Assembly: GCA_009914755.4 (NCBI GenBank)
Contig: CP086569.2
Span: 5,248,001 to 5,312,000 of the forward strand
Length of the DNA: 64,000 bases
Origin: the human T2T-CHM13v2.0 reference genome, Homo sapiens
Direction: 5' to 3'
Numbering within the stretch: the first letter of the stretch is position 1; every line of letters starts with the position of its first letter. Below the pieces are notes generated by a model. The model ran no database searches and was not told the origin of the DNA. It worked only from the letters and a program-made list of their open reading frames with translations. Positions 55,310 to 64,000 of this stretch are shown in pieces. The translations under genes were made by a program, and so were the position numbers.

Positions 55310-58300
55310 TTTAAAAACTTTTATTTTGAGTTCAGGGATGTATGTACAGATTTGTTATATAGATAAATTTTGTGTTGCAGGAGTATGGTGTACAGATTAT
55401 TTCATGACTCACATAGTAAGCATAGTACCTGATAGTTTTTCGATCCTCACTCTTCTCTCACTCTCCTCCCTTAAGTAGGTCCTGGTGTCTATTGTTCCCT
55501 TCTTTGTGTCCATGCATCCTTAATATTTAGCTCTTACTTGTAAGTGAGAACATGTGGTATTTGGTTTCCTGTTCCTGCATTAGTTCACTTAGGATAATGA
55601 CCTCTAGCTCCATTCATACTGCTGCAAAGGTCACAATCTCACTTGTTGTTATGGCTACATAGTATTGGATCATGTATATGTACCACATTTTCCTTATCCA
55701 GTCAACCATATATGTACCACATTTTCTTTATCCAGTCAACCATGGATGAACATTTAGGTTGATTCCATGTCTTGGTTATTGTAAATAGTGCTGTGATGAA
55801 AATATGTTTGCATATGTTTTTCTGGTAGGAGGATTTATATTCCTTTGTGTATATACCCAGTAATGGGATTGCTGGGTCAAATGGCAGTTTTCCTTTAAGT
55901 TCTTTGGGAAATCACCAAACTGCTTTTCACAGTGGCTGAATGAATTTACACTGCCATGAGCAGTGTATATGCATTCTCTTTTCTCTGCAGCCTTTCAAGC
56001 ATCTGTTATTTTATGGTTTTTAATAATAGCCTTTTTCACTAATTGTGGTTTTGATTTGCAGTTCTCTAATGATTAGTAATGTTGAGCAATTTTTCATATG
56101 CTTGTTGGCCAAGTGTATGACTTATTTTGAAAAGTATCTGTTCATGTCCTTTGGCCACTTTTGAATGGGGAATGCTTTCAGCTTTTGCTCAATTAGTATG
56201 TTGTTTTTTTGTTTGTTAATTTGTTTAAGTTCCTTATACATTCTGGATATTAGGCCTTTGTTGGATGTATCATTTGAATAAATTTTCTCCCATTCTGCAT
56301 GTTGTCTGTTTATTCTGCTGATAGTTGTTTTTTTTCTTTTTTCTTTTTTCTTTTTTTTTGTTTTTGTTTTTTTGCTGTGCAGATGCACTTTAGTTTAATT
56401 AAGTCACACTTGTCTTTTTTTTTTTTTTTTTTGGCAATTGCTTTCGGTGTCTTCATCATTAAATTTTTGCCAAGGCCTACGTCCTGAGTGGCATTTCTTA
56501 GGTTATCTTCCAGAGCTTTTGTAGTTTTAGGTTTTACATTTAAGCATTTAACGCAACTTGGGTTAATTTTTGTGTATGGTATAAGGAAGGGGTCCTGTTT
56601 CAATCTTCTGGATATGGCTATTCAATTATCTCAACACCTTCTATTGAATAGGGAGTCTTTCCTCATTGCTTGTTTTTGTCAACTTTGTTGAAGATCAGAT
56701 GGCTATAAGTGTGTGGCTTTATTTCTGGGCTCTTTATTCTTTTCCATTAGTCTCTGTGTCTGTTTTTGTATCAGTACTATGCTGTTTTGATTATTATATC
56801 CTTGTAGTGTAGTTTGAAGTTGGATAATGTGATGCCTCCAGCTTTATTATTTTTGCCTAGGATTGCTTTAGTCATTTAGACTCTTTTTTGATTCCACATA
56901 AGTTTTAGAGCAGTTTTTTGTTTTCTAATTCTGTGAAATATGTCATTAGTTGTTTGATTGGAATAGCATTGAATGTGTAAATTGCTTTGGGCACTATGGA
57001 ATGCTTTCTATGTGCTGTGTCATCTCTGATTTCATTCAGCAGTGTTTCTTAATTCTTGTTTTGGCGATCTTTCACCTCTGATTACCTGTATTCCTAGATA
57101 TTTCATTCTTTTTGTGGTTATTGTGAATGTTATTGCATTCTTGATGTGGCTCTCAGCTTAGATCTTGCTGGTATATAGAAATGCTACTTATTTTTGTACA
57201 CTGATTTTGTGTCCTGAAACTTTGCTGAAGATATTTACCAGATATGGGAACTTTTGGGCAGAGACTATGGGGCTTTCTAGGTATGGAATCATATGATCTG
57301 TGAACATAAATAGTTTGAATTAATGTTTGGATAAACATACATTCTTTTTTAACATTATCTTTTAAAAACATTATCCTCTTTTTTTATTTGGATACATTTT
57401 CTTTTCTTTTTTTTTTTTTTTTTTTTTTTTGCCTAATTGCTCTGGCTAGGACTTCCAGTACTGTGTTAAACGGGAGCAGTTAGAGTGAAGTTAGAGTGAG
57501 CATCCTTGTCTGGTTCTGGTTTTCAAGAGGAACACTTTTAGCTTTTGCTCAATTAGTATGATGTTGGCTGTGGGTTTGTCATAGATGGCTCTTATTATTT
57601 TTATGTAAGTTCCTTCAATGCCTAGTTTGTTGAGGATTTTTTAATATGAAGGGATGTTTAATTATATCAAGAGCCTTTTCTGCATCTATTCAGATGATCA
57701 TGTCATTTTTGATGTTCTGTTTATATGATGAATCATATTTTTTATTTCCATATGTTGAAACAACTTTGCACCACAGGAATAAAGCCTACTTGATTGTGGT
57801 AAATTAGTTTTTGATGTGCTAATGGATTCAGTTTGCTAGTTTTTTTTTTTTTTTTTTTTTTTGAGGATTTTTGTATCTAGGTTCATCAATTATACTTGCC
57901 TGAAATTTATTTTTTTGGTTGTGTTTCTGTCAGGCTTTGGTTCAGAATAATGCTAGTATCATTCTATAATTTTTTGGAATCATTTCAGAAGGAATGATAC
58001 AAGCTCTTCTCTATACGTATGTTATAATTCATCTGTGAATCCACCTGGTCCTGGGATTTTTCTGTTTGTTAGGCTTTTCATTACTGATTCAACTTTAGAA
58101 CTCCTTATTGGGCTTTTCATGTTGCAATTTATTCCTGGTTCAATCTTCAGAGGTTTTATGTTGCCAGGAATGTATCAATTTCGTCTAGATTTTCTATTTT
58201 CTGTGCATTCAGGTGTTCATAATAGTCTCTGAGGGTTTTTTGTATGTCTCTGTGTTGGTATTAAAGCCCCCTTTTTCATTTCTGACTGTGCTTATTTGTA

Positions 58301-58725
58301 TCTTCCCTCTTTTTTTCTTTGAGTCTAGCTAGTAATCCTTCACACTTATTTGTTCTTTCAAAAAACAAACTTCTGAATTCATTGATCTTTTGTATGTTTT
58401 CATGTGTCTCAAATTCATTCAGTTCATCTCTGATTTTTTAGTTATCTTTTGTCCTCTGCTAGCTTTGGGGTTGGTTTGCTCTTGTTTTTCTAGTTCTCTA
58501 GGCGTGATATTATGTTGCTAATTTGAGCTGTTTCTAACTTCTTGGTGTGGGTGTTTAGGGCTATAAAAGTTCCTTTTAACATTGCTTTAATAGCTGTGTC
58601 CCAGAGATTCTGGTATATTTTATCTTTGTTCTCATCAGTTTCAAAGTGCTTCATCTTCCGGTTTATCCTTGCTACTGTCCTCTGTTGGGCTAGATTGGTG
58701 AGAGCTGACTCTATTTTGATTTTTT
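55310..58725 (-). mobile_element. 5'-truncated L1 (older L1PA/L1PB-type), antisense, 3' end at ~55310, truncated within ORF2 N-terminal third
   Basis: It starts with the rc L1 3' UTR 'aaaacttttattttgagttcagggatgtatgtacagatttgttatatagataaattttgtgttgcaggagtatgg...'. It contains rc 'cccagtaatgggattgctgggtcaaatggcag', 'aattgtggttttgatttgcagttctc' and, at 58600-58640, 'gtcccagagattctggtatattttatc' (about ORF2 aa 250). There are internal T-runs at 56330-56440, 57407-57432 and 57841-57862. Confidence 0.75.
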
Positions 58726-58965
58726 TTAAATAAGATGCAATATTTGGAAACTGACATTATATTCATTTATAATCAAAATATGCAGGACAAAGTTCAGCTA
58801 AATCATCTGGTTTTACGTTTGGATACTAAATATGTGATTGATACTGAAAGAAAAACTTATGTGGGAACTATTGTTTGATGCTGGCCTTGAAATGAACAGG
58901 AACAGGAAGCACTGCTTTGAGCTAGCATGCTCCTAAGAGAATGGGAATTCAAAGGAAACTAATAG

Positions 58966-59315
<350 letters not shown>

Positions 59316-59411
59316 TAATTAAATTTTATCATTTATATGCATGAATAGAAAAAAGCATAGTATATATAGTGTTCAGTACTTTCTGCAGTTAAGATAGTAA
59401 CTCTACTTTGT

Positions 59412-59700
59412 TTTTTTTTGGTTTTTTTTTTTTTTGAGACAGAATTTTGCTCTTGTAGCCCAGACTGGAAGGCAGTGGCATGATCTAGGCTCACTGCAAC
59501 CTCTGCCTCCTGGGTTCAAGTGATTCTTTGCCTCAGTCTCCCAAGTGGCTGAGATTACAGGCACATGCCTCCACACCCAGATAGCTTTTGTATTTTTAGT
59601 AGAGACGGGGTTTCACCATGTTGGCCAGGATGGTCTCGTGATCCACCCTCCTCGGCCTCCCAAAGTGCTGAATTACAGGCGTGAGCCACTGTGCCTGGCC
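59412..59700 (-). mobile_element. Full-length Alu, antisense (second of a same-orientation pair ~100 bp apart)
   Basis: T-run 59412-59436; 'gagacagaattttgctcttgtagcccagactggaaggcagtggcatgatctaggctcactgcaacctctgcctcctgggttcaagtg...ctgaattacaggcgtgagccactgtgcctggcc'. Confidence 0.85.
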
Positions 59701-62321
59701 AAACCACAGGACCTTCTTTAATACTAACACATTTCAGCCCTTTCAAAGTTTATAATGCTTTATTGATATTTTAAAAATGATATAAAGCTAAGACTTAAAT
59801 AAACCCATTATTATAAATCAATATAAAAATAAATAGAATATGGTAAAATTAAAAATAGCACTTGGGACAGAAATACACCCACAATTTTAAGGTAATATGC
59901 CTGAAAATAATTTTGTATATAAAAAATTTTGAAACAATATATTTCTAAATTGCCTGAAGCACATGCAATTTTCTTATTTAATATTAAGATCATAAAAATT
60001 AATTTTAAAAGCTTTATTTCCTGCCTCAATGGATTATTCATCATTTGAAAAGTGAAGAGTTTTGCCCACATGAGACGTTGACCATTTATTCATATTGGCT
60101 ATGAAAACAAAAGGTCTGGTATTAGCCACTGCTCTGCAATTATGATTGTTAAGCAAAAATTAATGTTTATATTGGGAAAAATACTTTACAGCCACCTATT
60201 TTTATTCACTCTCATAGCAATTTCCCAGGGAAACAAGACATCTCAAAATTAAAGCAGCAACAAGGAAATTGTTTATGAAGGTGAAGATGAGGAAAGCAAA
60301 AGTGACAGCAGTTACAGAAAGCAGCAGTTGCTCTTGAAGTTAAGCTGCTCTGTCACATACCATCAATTGGACCATTATCCAGTGCAGGAAGTCTGTAATA
60401 AATTGTAAGATTTGCTTCTCAGCTCAAATGATGGGATGGAAATTTTCACTGTAGATGATGTTGAAGTGGAGGTACAGCTGAATGGGTATACCAGATTGGC
60501 CCATGTTTTAAATCCTACAATGATTGACACTCTGGCACTAGACATATAATTTCTTCAAATAAATTGTAACTCAAGAATCTGGTTATCCTGATTATTTAAG
60601 GATAAAAACATCACATAAAAAGTTTTAATAGTGACAAGAAATATTTACTTTTCTGAGACATGTTCTTATAATTCTGCAAAATGATTTCTGTTTCAGATTC
60701 TCATCTTCTTTGAGATAAGTATTATTTAAAAGCAATCTGAGTTTCTTACTGATAACACCTTCCCTGTTATTTATTATAAGAGCTAATATTGTCTCAGTAA
60801 TATTTTGCCTACTTGTTTGTTCTGCATTTTAAGAAGGGCAACATGACATATGTGGGGAAACGTGAGGATAAGAGTTAGGTGATCTGGTTTGTTGTCTAGA
60901 TTCTGATTTACAGGTGATGCTTCATAGCAGTTACTTTGCATCCTTTCCTCTGGGCAAATAATTGTTCAGCTAGCCAAAAATCAGGTTCATAAAAGCTTCT
61001 CTGTGCAACTTATAAAATTATCGGTATAAAGGAACAACTTATTCTTGAGATAGCTTGTTAATTTTCCTTAGTCATATGCTCACTGGAGCCTTAATATCTT
61101 TTCCTTTTTCTGAGACTAATATTGAAATATGCCCACATTTATAATAAACAATTAGAGTGAGAATCTAGCTTGAAAATTATAGAATATTTAATAATGTAAC
61201 AATATGTTGTCCATCTTGACATTTTAATTTGGAAGGTTATAATGGTCAGGCTTGTGTGAAAACAAACCTGTAGTATACAATTTCAGGGTGAGTGAAATAA
61301 AATGTTTATTTTATTCAGAACAAACCTGTATCTTGTTGTAGTTGAAATTTATAACTTACTGAGGACAACATTGAAATGTAACTAACAGGGATCATTACCA
61401 GGCTATGACATCTTGTCTATAGAGGTATCCTAAGCTGACACTGTATTTCATTCATTTGGTAATAACTAATGAAGGCTGTTTTCCCCTCTTCTTGAATAGC
61501 AACTTGTGGATAAGAGAAGCACTTTAGCTGTGTCAACATGATTAAAAAAGTTAAATAAAAGAGAGACAATCTTGCAAATGCCAGTCCCTGTATCTTTTAA
61601 AGTAACTATCAGTATAAATTCAGGAAGGGGTTTTTGTCTGAATTGTCCTGGTATAATAATTGCTACAAATCTCTACTTCTTAACCTATGAAGCTGTAACC
61701 TAAGGGCATTTAGTGCATTACTGTCAATTTTCAAGGCACTAAATTATCCCGAAGAGACCTTGAAAAGAGGACTATGCTGCTGCAGCAACCTCACTTATTA
61801 TCCAGTAGGGATTCAGGTTTTGGGGTGGATTTGATTTAGTATTCCTAACAATGCCTCCTTGTGTTAACAGACTGTATCTTGGATAGTTCTAGAAGGTGCA
61901 TGTTCTCTTAATAGAACTCTCCTGCTTTTGTATTCAATTAGATTATTAAAAAATTCAGTTTGTCTTATCCTAATTCATCTCCAGATTTTTAAGTACGACT
62001 TCCCCAAACACATCAGATTCACTCTGCTTTTTAAATTACTGTGCATAAAAGGTATTATTAAATTATGGAAATTCATCCTCAGACTTTCAATTATCTCAAG
62101 TTTATCTCTAAGAAATAAACATTTAGCAATACCTTTTAAAGTTGCCGAATGTTCAGACTGCAGACAGAAGCACTGAGTGTGGTTGGTGGTGCTATAGCAC
62201 CTATAGTTTCCCCAGATGTAATTTAGGAATAGAAAAGGATGGCCTGTAGAAATTCCTTTTCTGACCAGTATCTTCACAGGTGGCCAATACACATTCATAT
62301 GCAATCTCACTGGAGAGATTA

Positions 62322-62372
62322 GTACACCTGTGATATCTATTAGTATCTGTGATATCTATTAGTATCTGCGAT
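62322..62372. repeat. Local tandem duplication (19-bp unit 'ctgtgatatctattagtat' x2, then partial)
   Basis: 'acctgtgatatctattagtatctgtgatatctattagtatctgcgatacagg'. Confidence 0.8.
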
Positions 62373-64000
62373 ACAGGTCTGAGATGCATTTCTGCGGCAG
62401 CTGTGTAATTTTAGAATTCTCAGTAAATTGTATTGACTCCAGGAAGAGACAGTTGCATGGACGGTGTCATTAAAACATGTCACTGGAAGTTACTTCCATC
62501 AGAAGGGACAACAGAGACGCTTAACCCTCACAATCACATTCTTAGGTAGTAGGGGGGCAAATAGGCAATGTTAATGTGACTGAAAAAGAGCAGTTTTGGA
62601 GAGTCAGTCTGAGTTTGATTATTGTATTATTTAGTTGTTAGCCTAATTTGTTTCAACTGTGAAACTATATAATACAACCAATCTCAATGAAATAATTTTT
62701 TTTAAACACTAAGTGCCATGCCTGTCACAGAGTGTTTTTTCAATTATTGATTGTAGCTATTGTTTTTATTGCTGTTAGCATTATGATTCCATAAAGTGAG
62801 ATACAGAGAAGTTAACTGCACTAGATGAGACCAAAATCCAGTCTTAATTCAGTATGTTTCTATGTTGATGCATTCTAGTGAGAGAGATCAGTGGCAAGAC
62901 ACTGTTTGTGACCAGACTTTCTTATATTTTTTAGGAAACAATTCAGTATAGCAGAAAAAAGGCCTGAAATTCCACAATACATTATTTGCTTCCTGATGGT
63001 GTACATACTATTATCAAAAGCTATCAAGGAACTTCCGCATTTCTGGAAGATGAGGGGGTGCCTAAGGGTATAACAGCTCTAGCTTCTTGATGGCAAACTT
63101 AGCAGAAATTCAATATGGCCTTTATCCGTGGCATCACATTGTAATGTCTTGTCTGTGCTTCTGCTTAAAAATATTCCTTGAAATATGGATTCTTATAAAA
63201 TGATGCTGTGGGGGACCTCTTCCTCAAGTATAATATGTCCTGTTACTTGCTGTTAAGGCAATGTATTACAAATCAGAATTTTTGGAAGCCTTATCATTAA
63301 AGAAGCTGATTTCACATACCATATACTATATGAAGACCATACTGTCATAATAGTCTCTTTCTCTAAGGCACCAGCATATTAATGCACACACCTGTACTTT
63401 TATCAGTACCTCTCAGAAAGCAAAATCATTTTGTTTATGTGATTCATTGAATTAAATCAGTGCTTCCTCTTATGAAAAGACAGACACTTCATGGAAAGTG
63501 TAACAGCTTTTGATGACTACATTTTCAAGATCAGTAGATTGTAGCTCACATATTAATACTGGGAACTATTTGGGGACGTAATATAATGATAATAAATTCA
63601 TCAGAATCCTCTTCATCATGTTAAAATATTTTTAGAGAGCCAACTAAAATGTTTTGAGGAGACTGGGTTTATGAAATATGAAATTGAGATGAGTTTCTCC
63701 TAAGAAGTAAATTATTTAGCTAGGAGGAAATTACTAGAAGGATACTGAAATGATGATATGCAAAAGAAAGAAAAATGTCTAATTAAAATCATAGTATCTT
63801 TGCATCTATACACCACAAAACTGAGCCAGCGTGTCACAGTGAGTGTACAGAGGGCTTGAGCACAATGGGAAGAGTAATTTTTTAAGTGAATTTATTAAAT
63901 CAAAGTCTTTTAGATCATTTTGAAATAAAGCTTGAAATTTTAATACAAAGTAGAAGGCAACATCATGTAGTGGTTAAGACCATCGTTCTTGACTAAATTT

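Overview
This window is human (primate) genomic DNA, not prokaryotic. It is AT-rich, gene-poor, and more than half of it is interspersed repeats. I found no bona fide cellular protein-coding gene, no RNA gene and no CRISPR-like array. Essentially every ORF in the six-frame track is explained by one of four things: (i) a full-length, ORF-intact L1HS element; (ii) older L1 ORF2 debris; (iii) a KRT18 processed pseudogene; (iv) frame artefacts of microsatellites.

The most notable feature is a 6.06-kb full-length L1HS, Ta subfamily, on the minus strand at 38160-44215. ORF1 (338 aa), ORF2 (1275 aa) and the primate-specific antisense ORF0 (71 aa) are all intact. It has the Ta-diagnostic ACA trinucleotide in its 3' UTR, a patterned (TAAAAAA)n A-tail and perfect 14-bp target-site duplications. 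It is therefore a candidate retrotransposition-competent, possibly polymorphic, hot L1.

Second is a keratin-18 (KRT18) processed pseudogene at 5096-6506, on the plus strand. It is intronless, has an AATAAA signal and poly(A), is flanked by a 16-bp TSD, and is disabled by a 1-bp deletion, a nonsense codon and a 1-bp insertion. It sits inside an ancient L1 whose structure looks like a twin-priming inversion.

Other annotated repeats:
- A nested L1 cluster at about 14.8-27.3 kb: a 2-kb L1 inserted inside an older L1 with a 15-bp TSD, two solo THE1/MST-type MaLR LTRs each with its own 5-bp TSD, and a second L1 abutting the first non-canonically.
- Four solo THE1/MST LTRs in total.
- At least eight Alu copies or fragments, one 5'-truncated with an 18-bp TSD, and two MIR fragments.
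- A tail-to-tail L1 pair at about 51.8-58.7 kb.
- Several microsatellites and minisatellites, including a roughly 40-unit (GAAA)n array and a compound (TA/TG)n array.

Family assignments come from reading the sequence against remembered consensus sequences. Subfamily-level calls for the old L1s, the MaLR LTRs and the Alus, and all boundaries, are approximate to a few tens of bp.
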